A DNA stretch of 64,000 bases from contig CAXXXD010000003.1 of assembly GCA_963663385.2 (NCBI GenBank), positions 1,152,001 through 1,216,000 of the forward strand, written 5' to 3'. The translations under genes were made by a program, and so were the position numbers. The stretch is from Oceanispirochaeta sp. Its GTDB lineage: Bacteria; Spirochaetota; Spirochaetia; DSM-2461. The stretch's first letter is position 1, and each line of letters begins with the position of its first letter. Below are positions 49,234 through 58,560 of this stretch, in pieces. The notes under the pieces are model-generated. The model was not told the origin of the DNA, searched no databases, and saw only the letters and a program-made list of their open reading frames with translations.

Positions 49234-49558
49234 GGGAGCTCCTTTAAAACTATGATTTTGTAGGTATAATAGAAAAAATCTTAATAAAAGTAAATGTTAT
49301 TTTGACGCTATTGCGATTAATGTCAATAATAGTTCTCATGTACTAGAAGAATTCCATATAGTATATACAACACTAGTACATAAAAAAGAGAGCCGTAACC
49401 GTCTCTATCCGGTAAGTTTAATCTTGGTGATAATAAGAAGGAATGCTTCCACATAATCCCCAGGGGAATCCATGTTTTAAAGAGTATCCTTTGCGTCATA
49501 ATGTTCAGGAGCATAGTTTAAAATACTTCGGGAATAAAGGTACTTCAAACAGATAAGA

Positions 49559-50713
49559 TCATAGAGATTTCAGGTAATCATTTATTATTTTCCCAATCCT
49601 GAGCCAATCACCCGAATTTGTTCCCCTGCCGCCGGATAAACGTAGGGAGCGGGATGCCCGCTCTGCATTTCTATTCATATAAGTAAGGATTTTACTCTTT
49701 CCAGTTACTGTTCCGGTACAGGCACAAAATCGACTGATGCAAATACCGTGATTTGCCAGATAGAGAAAAAAATCTTCTATGTCAATGTCTGCATCAATAC
49801 TGATATTCAGAACTCCCGGGACTTTCTGTTCCGGACTTTCCAGAATATAGGGTACACCGGCTTTATTCCAGAAATGAAGGCACTCTTTTTCCTGAATGAC
49901 TAAGCACCGATTCATCTCTTCTCTCTGTTCCTGATGCTTCCGAATGCCTTTGGCCAGAATATATTTTACAATACTATCGTGTATTTCCATTGTGTTTTCG
50001 GGAATCACTATTTCCGGAGAATTAATCCCCAGAAGAGCCATCCCTTTCGGTGTATGAAATTTATGACCGCTAAGACAGAACAGATCGCAGAAGGGGAGCC
50101 AATGCTGTTCTGTGAGACGGGGAAAAGCCTGCACCACATCCATAAAAACGATTCCCTCACGCTCCCTGGCAAACCTATGTATCTGTTCTATTTCCTCAAT
50201 ACCTCCGGTTTCATGGTTGACAGCCGGGTATAGAATTACCGGGGGTGAATCTATCTCTATCTGATTCAGCTTCATCCTCCCCCGGGAGTCTGCAGGAATG
50301 GTACGATAGGATTGTCCAAAGAAATCCAGTGCAGCATAGGCAGAAGGGTGACTTAGAGCGGAAATGCAGAATTGATAGCGCTTTTTCTGATTGGATAAAT
50401 GAGCCTTCAGAAGCGAGATACCCTGATATAAAGAATCGGTGCCGGAAGAAAAGTATAGGAATCTGAAGTCTTTTGAAGGAAAACACTTCTTTAGAATCTC
50501 ATTGGCTGATTCGGAAAGCTTGAAAGCCTCGCTGCCGGCACCATGCGGGCTCAAGGGGTGTCCCCAGTTTTTTAAGGAGAGATTCTGATAGGCAGCCAGC
50601 AATTCCCGGTCCGGTCTGGTTGTCGCATTATAATCCAGATAAATCTCTTTTTCGCTATTGTGCAAATAGCGGGATTGAATAAGTTTTTTTTGTATTTTAC
50701 AGGGACATGCCAT
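49559..50713 (-). CDS. Class V PLP enzyme, divergent cysteine desulfurase-like
   Basis: IYLDYNATT, NHETG, MDVVQA, SGHKFH, ISRFCAC, SLRLS. Confidence 0.8.
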   Translation of the reverse strand: MACPCKIQKKLIQSRYLHNSEKEIYLDYNATTRPDRELLAAYQNLSLKNWGHPLSPHGAGSEAFKLSESANEILKKCFPSKDFRFLYFSSGTDSLYQGISLLKAHLSNQKKRYQFCISALSHPSAYAALDFFGQSYRTIPADSRGRMKLNQIEIDSPPVILYPAVNHETGGIEEIEQIHRFAREREGIVFMDVVQAFPRLTEQHWLPFCDLFCLSGHKFHTPKGMALLGINSPEIVIPENTMEIHDSIVKYILAKGIRKHQEQREEMNRCLVIQEKECLHFWNKAGVPYILESPEQKVPGVLNISIDADIDIEDFFLYLANHGICISRFCACTGTVTGKSKILTYMNRNAERASRSLRLSGGRGTNSGDWLRIGKIINDYLKSL

Positions 50714-50891
50714 TGGTTTTCCTCTTTCATGCCTACTATATAGGATTTCCTTTTATTCGTGGAAAAAAAAAATTAATATAACGAATGCTGCAGGGGAAAT
50801 ATGCTTTATATATTTCCTATACTGGATAATACTTAATAATAGCCACCTTAAGTGATGACTGTTTTCAGTATAAACAGTCAGGAGGAACATC

Positions 50892-51809
50892 ATGGAACGT
50901 ATTCAATCGGCCGCTATAATAGGCGCCGGTGCACTGGGTATCCTTTATGGGGAAGCTCTGAAACTGGAGCTGAAAGACAACCTTTACTATCTGGCGGATG
51001 ATGAACGGTATGAAAGAATCCGTAACGGGGATTTTATTATCAATAATATTCCTGAAAAATTTAATGTTAAACATGCGGGAGAACTGGAAAGTTTCCCCGA
51101 TCTGGTCATTATAGCAGTGAAAAATCATCACCTTGAACAAGTTCTGGGGATTATGAATAAGTGTATAAAAAAAGATACAGTTGTTCTCTCTGTTTTAAAT
51201 GGGATAGAGAGTGAACAGTTTCTTGAAGAGAATTTTCCGGAAGCCCATGTTTTATATTCTGTCGCTGTTGGTATGGATGCTGTCCGCAATTCCAATACAC
51301 TGACCTATTCAAGTAAGGGGAAACTGTTAATCGGATCAAAGGATAATGACAGGAATAACAGACAGCTTCTGATGGTAGAGAAACTTCTTGATTACTGCCA
51401 TATACACTATGAAATCCCTGAGGATATTCACCGCTCATTATGGTGGAAATGGATGATCAATATAGGTGTGAATCAGGTTTCAGCTGTTACGGGAGCAAAC
51501 TATGGGGTATTTCAGAACAATAAAGAGACCCAGGCATTAATGGAAGCCGCAATGGAGGAAACAATAAAAGTTGCCAAGAAGTGCGGAGTCGATTTAAGAG
51601 ATGAGGATATTGAAAACTGGTATCCCATTTTAAACGGTCTCGGACCGACCGGTAAAACATCCATGCTCCAGGATATGGAAGCCTGCCGGAAAACCGAAGC
51701 TCCCTGGTTCAGTGGAAAATTGATATCCCTGGCAAAAGAACATGGGGTAGAAGTTCCGGTTAACGAAGTTCTTTATAAGATTATTCTGGCAAAAGAATCC
51801 ATGTTCTGA
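50892..51809 (+). CDS. Ketopantoate reductase family protein (PanE/ApbA)
   Basis: IIGAGALG, IIAVK, LNG, WWKWMIN, TSMLQD....RKTE. Confidence 0.9.
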   Translation: MERIQSAAIIGAGALGILYGEALKLELKDNLYYLADDERYERIRNGDFIINNIPEKFNVKHAGELESFPDLVIIAVKNHHLEQVLGIMNKCIKKDTVVLSVLNGIESEQFLEENFPEAHVLYSVAVGMDAVRNSNTLTYSSKGKLLIGSKDNDRNNRQLLMVEKLLDYCHIHYEIPEDIHRSLWWKWMINIGVNQVSAVTGANYGVFQNNKETQALMEAAMEETIKVAKKCGVDLRDEDIENWYPILNGLGPTGKTSMLQDMEACRKTEAPWFSGKLISLAKEHGVEVPVNEVLYKIILAKESMF

Positions 51810-51825
51810 ATATATAATGGCCGAG

Positions 51826-51857
51826 AAGGGGCTGACCTCCATGGAGGTCAGCCCCTT
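51826..51857. terminator. Perfect 32 bp palindrome between convergent genes
   Basis: AAGGGGCTGACCTCCA-TGGAGGTCAGCCCCTT. Confidence 0.7.
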
Positions 51858-51869
51858 GCTTATAAATAA

Positions 51870-52049
51870 CTATTTGACAAATATATTTCGAATACTGAGT
51901 AACAGAAATCCCAGTTTCTCCAATATATGCTTCTGATTTTTTCTTGCCTCTGGATAGTGATTATACCGGGCTATACGGTTCAGTTTCCTATCCAGTTCCT
52001 CTCTCCTGTTACGCATAATCTTTTCGTATGCGTATTCATTTTCAAACAT
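51870..52049 (-). CDS. Small basic protein, 59 aa (MFENEYAYEKIMRNRREELDRKLNRIARYNHYPEARKNQKHILEKLGFLLLSIRNIFVK), not in the ORF track
   Basis: AAAGAGAG upstream; helical composition; stop lies next to the palindromic terminator. Confidence 0.6.
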   Translation of the reverse strand: MFENEYAYEKIMRNRREELDRKLNRIARYNHYPEARKNQKHILEKLGFLLLSIRNIFVK

Positions 52050-52104
52050 AATTAACTCTCTTTAACGGTTCGATCATGCAACAGGGGGGCAGAATATCCG
52101 GCTG

Positions 52105-52185
52105 CTAGAACCCCTGTTCCTTCAAGTCATTAAACTGTGGGGAGTTTTTATCCCTGTCTGTATAAATCCTTTTTACTGCTATCAT
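52105..52185 (-). CDS. Candidate 26 aa leader or micro-ORF (MIAVKRIYTDRDKNSPQFNDLKEQGF)
   Basis: GAGGAG 9 nt upstream; stop codon lies inside a hairpin. Confidence 0.3.
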   Translation of the reverse strand: MIAVKRIYTDRDKNSPQFNDLKEQGF

Positions 52186-52279
52186 CTCATATGGCTCCTC
52201 TGTGTCTGTTTCCGGACCAGCTGGTCCTCAGTTGAATTGATGTAATACTTAATTACGGTATTACCGGCCGGTTGTAAAT

Positions 52280-52350
52280 TTTTTTCTGGAAATGCGCGCC
52301 AATTCCAGAAAAAAGGGCTAAAAAAAATCCCCGGAAATATTCCGGGGATC
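52280..52350. terminator. Two tandem terminator-like hairpins
   Basis: TTTTTTCTGGAA...TTCCAGAAAAAA (52280-52314) and A8-TCCCCGGAA...TTCCGGGGA (52320-52350). Confidence 0.65.
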
Positions 52351-52370
52351 TAATATCTGCAAATTAAATA

Positions 52371-52445
52371 TCATGCAGTACAAACCGGACCGGAATTTAT
52401 TTCTATGAATCTATAATCTGAAAGAATAATTACTTTAACCATCAT
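52371..52445 (-). CDS. Candidate 24 aa micro-ORF (MMVKVIILSDYRFIEINSGPVCTA)
   Basis: TAAGGAG SD about 10 nt upstream; terminator about 20 nt after the stop. Confidence 0.35.
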   Translation of the reverse strand: MMVKVIILSDYRFIEINSGPVCTA

Positions 52446-52541
52446 ATCAATTCCGCTCCTTATGTAATTTTAAGTTATTTAAACATGAGTAATAATATTA
52501 ATCAATCGTTTTATTAAGATATTTTGATTAATACTGCAATC

Positions 52542-54848
52542 TTATGGTTTAACAATTTCTGAACTATTTGGTTTTACTGTTATTTCTCTTGAAAAAACAC
52601 TAAGTGAAACTGGAAAATCACCATTATTGTATATATGAACCTCGCTTTTCCTGACTTCAATCTCAAGTACTGAATCCATATGATCTATATGGAATGAGTA
52701 GGATTTCCAGCTGGCAGGCAGAACCGGAGATAAGGAAAGTCTGGTCTCCTTGTACTTCATTCCTCCAAAGCCGATTACTATTGCCATCCATGTTCCAGCC
52801 ATACTCGTAATATGACAGCCATCTTCCGTATCATTATTGTAATCATCCAGATCCAGTCTGGCTGTCCTCAAATACATCTCGTATGCCTTTTCATTATAGC
52901 CCAGCCTGGAAGCCAGAATAGAATGGACGCAGGAGGAAAGGGACGACTCATGAACTGTTTTGGGTTCATAGTAATCAAAGTTTTTCTTAAGGGTTTCCCT
53001 GTCATACCGGTCTTCAAAAAAGAACAATCCCTGCAGAACATCGGCCTGTTTAATAAAGCATGAACGCAGAATCCTGTCCCATGACCAGTTTTGATTCAGG
53101 GGCCTGTCTGCCTCCCTTAGATCAGATACAGTTAAATCTTCCTTATCCAGATAACCATCCTGTTGAAGAAAAATACCAGAGGAGGATTCTACAGGGTAGT
53201 ACATTTCACTGCTAACCCTGTCAAACTCAGCCATCTGTTCTCTGGAAAGGGATGTTTTATCGATTATACGCTGATAATCAGATGGGAAGTCCTTTTCAAC
53301 AATTCCAAGCGCTTCACGGGTATATTTCATACACCAGGAGGCGATAGTGTTGGTATACCAGTTATTATTGACATTATTCTCATATTCATTAGGTCCGGTA
53401 ACACCCAGTATGACATATTTATTTCTGTATTTTGAAAAGGTGGCTCTCTGAACCCAGAAACGGGCTATCCCTATTAATACTTCAAGACCATATTCTGCCA
53501 GATACGCCCGGTCTCCCGTACAGTTGATGTAGTTGTAAATGGCATAAGCAATTGCGCCGTTGCGGTGTATCTCTTCAAATGTAATTTCCCATTCATTGTG
53601 ACACTCCTCTCCATTCATTGTAACCATGGGGTAGAGGGCAGCTCCGTTTTTAAAACCAAGCTTTCCGGCATTTTCTATGGCACGATCCAGGTGTTTATAC
53701 CGGTAGATAAGAAGATTTCGGGCAATTGAGGAATCAGCTGTACCAAGGTAGAAGGGAAGACAGTACGCTTCTGTGTCCCAGTATGTACTGCCCCCGTATT
53801 TTTCGCCTGTGAAGCCCTTTGGTCCTATATTCAGTCTTTCATCTGTTCCCGTATAGGTCTGAATCATCTGAAATATATTAAAGCGGATTCCCTGCTGAGC
53901 GGATACATCCCCTTCGATTCTAAGATCGCTGTGTTCCCATTTTTTTGCCCATGCATCCCTGTGTTCCTGCAGCAGGCTGGTAAAACCGGCTTCCACAGCA
54001 GAATTAAGCCTGAGTTCTCCTTCTGAAGCAAGTTTGTCTCTGCCGTAATCTCTGGAGGTAAGACAGCTGACATATTTTTCTATGCGCAGGGATTCACCTT
54101 TCTTCAGATCCAGTTTAAAACTATGGGAGGCGAAACCTTCCCTGCTGAATCCCTGCAGGGGTTCAGTAACAGGATTATCGTTGATAAATAACCTATGTGC
54201 GGCCTGTACGGTATTGGTAAAATCCGTTTTTTTTGTAGTCATGGATACACAGAGTTTATCCCCGATTGCACTGTGTATATGGGGCATCCAGAACATCTCC
54301 TGGTAGTTGGCATCTTCATTTTTTACATTTCCATTCAGGGATGAAGAAATACTGAGACTGACATCCTGATTCAGGCACTTGATTTCAAACACCATTACAC
54401 CATTCTCGGGTCTGGCAAGGCTTGTGAAGCGTTGTGCATCAGATACAATCTCTGCACCTGATGCCATATTAACGGCAAATGATCTTTTTAAAAGTCCCTG
54501 CTTCATATCAAGGTCCCGTCTGAACTCCCTGATCTCAGTTTTGTTCAGATCCAGAACTTCGTCATCTATGCGTATATCAAGACTAATCCAGTCGGTTGAA
54601 TTCAAAACTTTTGCAAAGTATTCGGGATACCCGTTTTTCCACCAGCCAACTATGGTTTTATCGGGGTAGTAAACTCCTGCCATATAACTTCCCCGCAGGG
54701 AAGCTCCCGAATAAGTCTCTTCAAAATTTCCCCTCTGTCCCATATGGCCGTTTCCGATACTGAAGATACTCTCACTGACCTTATTAAATTCAGGATGGAA
54801 TCCTTCTTCAATGATATGCCATGGATCCTGTTTTAGATACTTCTTCAT
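52542..54848 (-). CDS. GH65 maltose phosphorylase-like
   Basis: ESIFSIGNG, IGPKGFTGEKYGG..YWDTE, GPNEYE, IKQAD, HESSLS; paired with pgmB. Confidence 0.92.
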   Translation of the reverse strand: MKKYLKQDPWHIIEEGFHPEFNKVSESIFSIGNGHMGQRGNFEETYSGASLRGSYMAGVYYPDKTIVGWWKNGYPEYFAKVLNSTDWISLDIRIDDEVLDLNKTEIREFRRDLDMKQGLLKRSFAVNMASGAEIVSDAQRFTSLARPENGVMVFEIKCLNQDVSLSISSSLNGNVKNEDANYQEMFWMPHIHSAIGDKLCVSMTTKKTDFTNTVQAAHRLFINDNPVTEPLQGFSREGFASHSFKLDLKKGESLRIEKYVSCLTSRDYGRDKLASEGELRLNSAVEAGFTSLLQEHRDAWAKKWEHSDLRIEGDVSAQQGIRFNIFQMIQTYTGTDERLNIGPKGFTGEKYGGSTYWDTEAYCLPFYLGTADSSIARNLLIYRYKHLDRAIENAGKLGFKNGAALYPMVTMNGEECHNEWEITFEEIHRNGAIAYAIYNYINCTGDRAYLAEYGLEVLIGIARFWVQRATFSKYRNKYVILGVTGPNEYENNVNNNWYTNTIASWCMKYTREALGIVEKDFPSDYQRIIDKTSLSREQMAEFDRVSSEMYYPVESSSGIFLQQDGYLDKEDLTVSDLREADRPLNQNWSWDRILRSCFIKQADVLQGLFFFEDRYDRETLKKNFDYYEPKTVHESSLSSCVHSILASRLGYNEKAYEMYLRTARLDLDDYNNDTEDGCHITSMAGTWMAIVIGFGGMKYKETRLSLSPVLPASWKSYSFHIDHMDSVLEIEVRKSEVHIYNNGDFPVSLSVFSREITVKPNSSEIVKP

Positions 54849-55489
54849 TATAAATCTCCCAGATCAGACAGTTTCAGATCTTTCATTGATGGAAAAACCA
54901 TATGGGCACCGCCCAGTATTTCCGGACTCCCAATGCCAACAGCTTTCATTCCCGCTTTCAGTGCTGCTTCGACTCCCGCTTTGGCATCTTCAAATACAAC
55001 ACACTCTTCGGCTGCCAGTTCCAGTTTTTCAGCTCCCTTTATAAATACTTCAGGATCGGGTTTTGCCCTGGAAACACTGTTTCCGTCCACAATAGCATCC
55101 AGGTATTGCGCCAATCCGGTTTTTTCAAGGATTGTTACGGCATTTTTGCTTGCTGACCCGAGTGATGTTTTAATACCAGCCATCTTGATTTCCTGAAGGA
55201 ATTCAAGGGCTCCTGGCAGGATTTCACTCTCATCCATTTGGGAGATATATTCTATATACCAGTTGTTTTTTCTGTCGGTCATTTCGATCTGTTCTTTCCG
55301 GCTGAGTTTCAGATTTCCCATTTCAGCCAGTATTTCCATACACCTCATACGGGAAACTCCCTTGAAAAGTTCATTCTCCTTCTCGGAAAAGGGGATATGC
55401 AGCTCATCAGCCAATTTTTTCCATGCCAGAAAGTGATATTTTGCCGTATCAACCAGAACGCCGTCCAGATCAAAGATTATTCCTTTCAT
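54848..55489 (-). CDS. pgmB: Beta-phosphoglucomutase
   Basis: FDLDGV, TAKYHFLAW, KGVSR, SASKN, KPDPEVF, FEDA. Confidence 0.93.
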   Translation of the reverse strand: MKGIIFDLDGVLVDTAKYHFLAWKKLADELHIPFSEKENELFKGVSRMRCMEILAEMGNLKLSRKEQIEMTDRKNNWYIEYISQMDESEILPGALEFLQEIKMAGIKTSLGSASKNAVTILEKTGLAQYLDAIVDGNSVSRAKPDPEVFIKGAEKLELAAEECVVFEDAKAGVEAALKAGMKAVGIGSPEILGGAHMVFPSMKDLKLSDLGDL

Positions 55490-55524
55490 ATATTAATACC
55501 TCGTTATTCTCTATTCACACTCTT

Positions 55525-55542
55525 AGTGCAAGCGTTTGCACT
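55525..55542. promoter_or_regulatory. LacI/MalR-type operator
   Basis: AGTGCAAGCGTTTGCACT near-palindrome with central CG, 36 nt upstream of pgmB. Confidence 0.7.
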
Positions 55543-55659
55543 TCTAGTAATTATTAGCATTGAACATGTGATCAAGTCAAGAAGAAAGACACGGCTAAAC
55601 TAGTGGGAAATAACTGTTTCTTTTTGTTTTTTTGAATATAATGGGTGATTGAGGTTTAA

Positions 55660-56934
55660 ATGAATTTGATTACAAAGCTGCTAAATCCCTACAGAGGGAT
55701 GAGAAAAGAGATATATATTATTGCACTGTCTAAGACCATAAATGCCATGGGAGCTTTAATTCATCCGTTTATGACCCTTCTTTTAAGCAGGAAGATAGGC
55801 CTGTCAGGGGCTGAAACAGGTTTCTATGTCTCCCTGACTGGTATTATATATGGGCCGGCCAGTCTGCTGGGCGGTAAACTGTCTGATCAGTTCGGCAGAA
55901 AGAAAATCCTGATCATTTTTGAAAGCATAGCCGCTTTGGGTTATCTGCTCTGTACGGGTCTCCAGCCTTCCATGACAATGGTATACCTGATTATGCTGAA
56001 CTCCTTCTGCTTTGGTATAGCCGGTCCTTCTCATGATGCCATGACCGCAGATTTAACCAGATCGGAGCAGCGGGAGGGAGCGTATTCCCTGAACTATCTG
56101 GGATTTAATTTTGGCTTTGCCATCGCACAGGTAATTGCGGGATACCTGTTTGAGAACTATTTCCACCTGATGTTTCTGATTGATGGTATAACGGCTGTCT
56201 GTGGCATTCTGATGATATTTTTTCTCATACCTGAGACAATAAATATTTCACATAATGAAGAATCACAGATAAGCGATAGATTGGAGACTGGAGAGACTAA
56301 ATCAATTCTCAGAGTTCTAATGGAGCGTCCCGTACTGCCGGTTTTTGCTCTTGTCGCCTTTGGATACCGTTTTGTTTATTCCTGCTGGCCTTTTCTGATT
56401 CCCCTGCATGCAGAAGGATGCTTTCCGGGAGAAGGGGCTGCTCTGTTCGGCCTTCTGGGCAGCTTCAATGCTGTCACTGTGGTTGTAATGACTCCCGTGT
56501 TAACTTCGATTTTTCACAAAAAAAGTCATTTAAGGCGTATCTTTTACGGAGGTATCCTGTTTACCATAGGATTCGGTTTACTGGGCTTTATTGATACAAG
56601 AACGGCATTTTTTACATCTACCCTGATCTTTACTCTCGGCGAGATACTGGAAGCAGTCAGTCTGATGCCATTCATTATGAGTATGACCCCTTCGACCCAT
56701 CGGGGAAGAATGAGTGCGGTACTTCCCATAATCATGGGGTCCGGGTACGCTCTTGGTCCCATGATTATGGGACCGGTGCTGGATCATTCAGGATTTAAAG
56801 CAACATGGCATACGGCCACATTGGTCATAGTATGCGCCACAGCAGGAATGAAACTGATTGACCTTTTTCAGGAATCCCGACTTAAAAAGAGAGAGATAGA
56901 AGCAGAAGAAATCAACAACGATCCAGTCTGTTAA
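55660..56934 (+). CDS. MFS transporter
   Basis: Motif A GKLSDQFGRKK; about 12 TM; RGR in the second half. Confidence 0.92.
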   Translation: MNLITKLLNPYRGMRKEIYIIALSKTINAMGALIHPFMTLLLSRKIGLSGAETGFYVSLTGIIYGPASLLGGKLSDQFGRKKILIIFESIAALGYLLCTGLQPSMTMVYLIMLNSFCFGIAGPSHDAMTADLTRSEQREGAYSLNYLGFNFGFAIAQVIAGYLFENYFHLMFLIDGITAVCGILMIFFLIPETINISHNEESQISDRLETGETKSILRVLMERPVLPVFALVAFGYRFVYSCWPFLIPLHAEGCFPGEGAALFGLLGSFNAVTVVVMTPVLTSIFHKKSHLRRIFYGGILFTIGFGLLGFIDTRTAFFTSTLIFTLGEILEAVSLMPFIMSMTPSTHRGRMSAVLPIIMGSGYALGPMIMGPVLDHSGFKATWHTATLVIVCATAGMKLIDLFQESRLKKREIEAEEINNDPVC

Positions 56935-57838
56935 TTGTTTTATAACAGAGAGTCCCTTCAAAAGTTTCAATTTCACAGAACTGTTTCTGATAACTGGATG
57001 AGATCTCTGCATATACATCCTTTGTAAGGGAGATATACCCGGGTTCGGCTCTCTGTTTTTCCAGATGTGCTGCCAGGTTGATCACTTCAGATACAATTTT
57101 TCCGGTATCATTGTGAAATACAAGTTTTCCCGTATTGATTCCTATTCTCAGTTCCAGGTCATCCTCAATAGGGTTGAGGGGATCGAGATTGAACATCGCC
57201 AGAGTTCTCTGAACTTCAAAAGCAAACATGACAGCCCTGTCAATCTGTTTCTTAAAAGCGAATGCCAGAATACCTCCATCTCCCGCCCAGTTCCAAATTC
57301 TGCCGTTATAGGTAGAAAGATGCTGTTTCAGGAATTTCCAGAGGTTAGTATAAACCTTCTTCATTACTTTGGCGCCGTGTTTTTTTACCAGCTCCGAATT
57401 TGAGACAATATCCAGGCTCAATACGGTAACCGCATATTTTTTACCATCCTTCAATGCCCCCCAATTGGGCAGTTCCGAAGGATCTTCCTTTAGAGGAATA
57501 ACTTTTCTTTTCTGAAAATCATAAACATAATCATTCAGAGTCAGCTGCTGAAGAAAGTAATCAAGACCATCAATACTGAGAGTTCTTCCAAGTATCATAT
57601 TATTATCCAATTCTGCTATCAGTTTGATCAGTTCTTCGGTTTTCTTTTTCTGCTCCATATAATCTACAAGAACAGTCGCGGATAAGCGGGGAGCAATTGT
57701 TACATTGGAAGGTTTTCCCGAGAGTTTGTTCAGATCAAATCCTTTAGACAGCATCCTGCCGATTTCATCTATCTCTTTGGTTTTAATATTTACAGAAATG
57801 GTTTCAATCAATAGATTCTTTAATGATGGATCCAACAT
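56912..57838 (-). CDS. Class III nucleotide cyclase-domain protein with N-terminal helical domain
   Basis: LDIVSNS, WAGDG, RIGINTG, INLAAHLE. Confidence 0.82.
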   Translation of the reverse strand: MLDPSLKNLLIETISVNIKTKEIDEIGRMLSKGFDLNKLSGKPSNVTIAPRLSATVLVDYMEQKKKTEELIKLIAELDNNMILGRTLSIDGLDYFLQQLTLNDYVYDFQKRKVIPLKEDPSELPNWGALKDGKKYAVTVLSLDIVSNSELVKKHGAKVMKKVYTNLWKFLKQHLSTYNGRIWNWAGDGGILAFAFKKQIDRAVMFAFEVQRTLAMFNLDPLNPIEDDLELRIGINTGKLVFHNDTGKIVSEVINLAAHLEKQRAEPGYISLTKDVYAEISSSYQKQFCEIETFEGTLCYKTINRLDRC

Positions 57839-58022
57839 GCAAAACTCCAGTGAAAAATAAAAATCATTATATGAGAATACTAGTGCTTAAACAAGCAATA
57901 GTTACTTGACGGGACAGCAATTAAACAATTGTTGTCTTTTAGTGCCAGGATAAAACCTCCATTGACATCACTTTATTTTATCGTCAAATTTCAGGGATCA
58001 GTAAAATTAAATGGAGAAAGTC

Positions 58023-58559
58023 ATGTCACCATCCTATATTCAGATCTATACAGGCAATGGAAAGGGGAAAACAACAGCAGTCCTTGGTTTAACCATAAGA
58101 GCTTTGGGAGCCGGAAAATCCGTTTTTATTGGACAATTCCTTAAGAATCGTGAGTACAGTGAAATAAAAATGCTTTCCAGAATTGAGGATATACTGGATT
58201 CGGAACAGCTCCTTCATGTAGAGCAATTCGGAATAGACCGCTGTATTGGCCAGAACCCTCGACCTGAGGATGTAAAAGCAGCTCAACAGGGCTGGGACAG
58301 GATACTTGCTGCAACCCGTTCCGGAGAATATGACATTGTTATTATGGATGAGATAAATATAGCTATTCACCTTAAACTTATCGATAAAAAGGCTGTAACA
58401 GATTTGATGGAAAAGAAACCCGAGAGTGTTGAACTCATCCTGACAGGGCGTTACGCAGACAAGGAAATAATGAAGAAAGCCGATCTTGTCAGTGAGGTTC
58501 AGGATGTAAAACACTACTATTCCAAAGGGATTAAAGCCCGTGCCGGAATAGAATGTTAA
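58023..58559 (+). CDS. cobO: Cob(I)alamin adenosyltransferase (CobO/BtuR)
   Basis: YTGNGKGKTT, QFLK, DEI, LTGR, ADLVSE, KHY, GIE; GGAG SD before ATG 58023. Confidence 0.9.
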   Translation: MSPSYIQIYTGNGKGKTTAVLGLTIRALGAGKSVFIGQFLKNREYSEIKMLSRIEDILDSEQLLHVEQFGIDRCIGQNPRPEDVKAAQQGWDRILAATRSGEYDIVIMDEINIAIHLKLIDKKAVTDLMEKKPESVELILTGRYADKEIMKKADLVSEVQDVKHYYSKGIKARAGIEC

Positions 58560-58560
58560 C

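Noticed and set aside
49323..49514. 63 aa minus-strand ORF
   Set aside because: No SD, and it reads through a terminator-like hairpin with a U tract near 49383-49407
49440..49520. c-di-GMP-I riboswitch suggested by GACGCAAAG on the minus strand
   Set aside because: The upstream GGCAAA/GAAA-tetraloop stem and downstream pairing are not found; an Infernal scan would settle it
52285..52305. Sigma54 promoter (TTGGCGCG on the minus strand)
   Set aside because: No TTGC at the -12 position; better explained as the loop of a hairpin
56912..57838. Pycsar or CBASS defence system
   Set aside because: No adjacent TIR or TM effector gene; flanked by housekeeping genes
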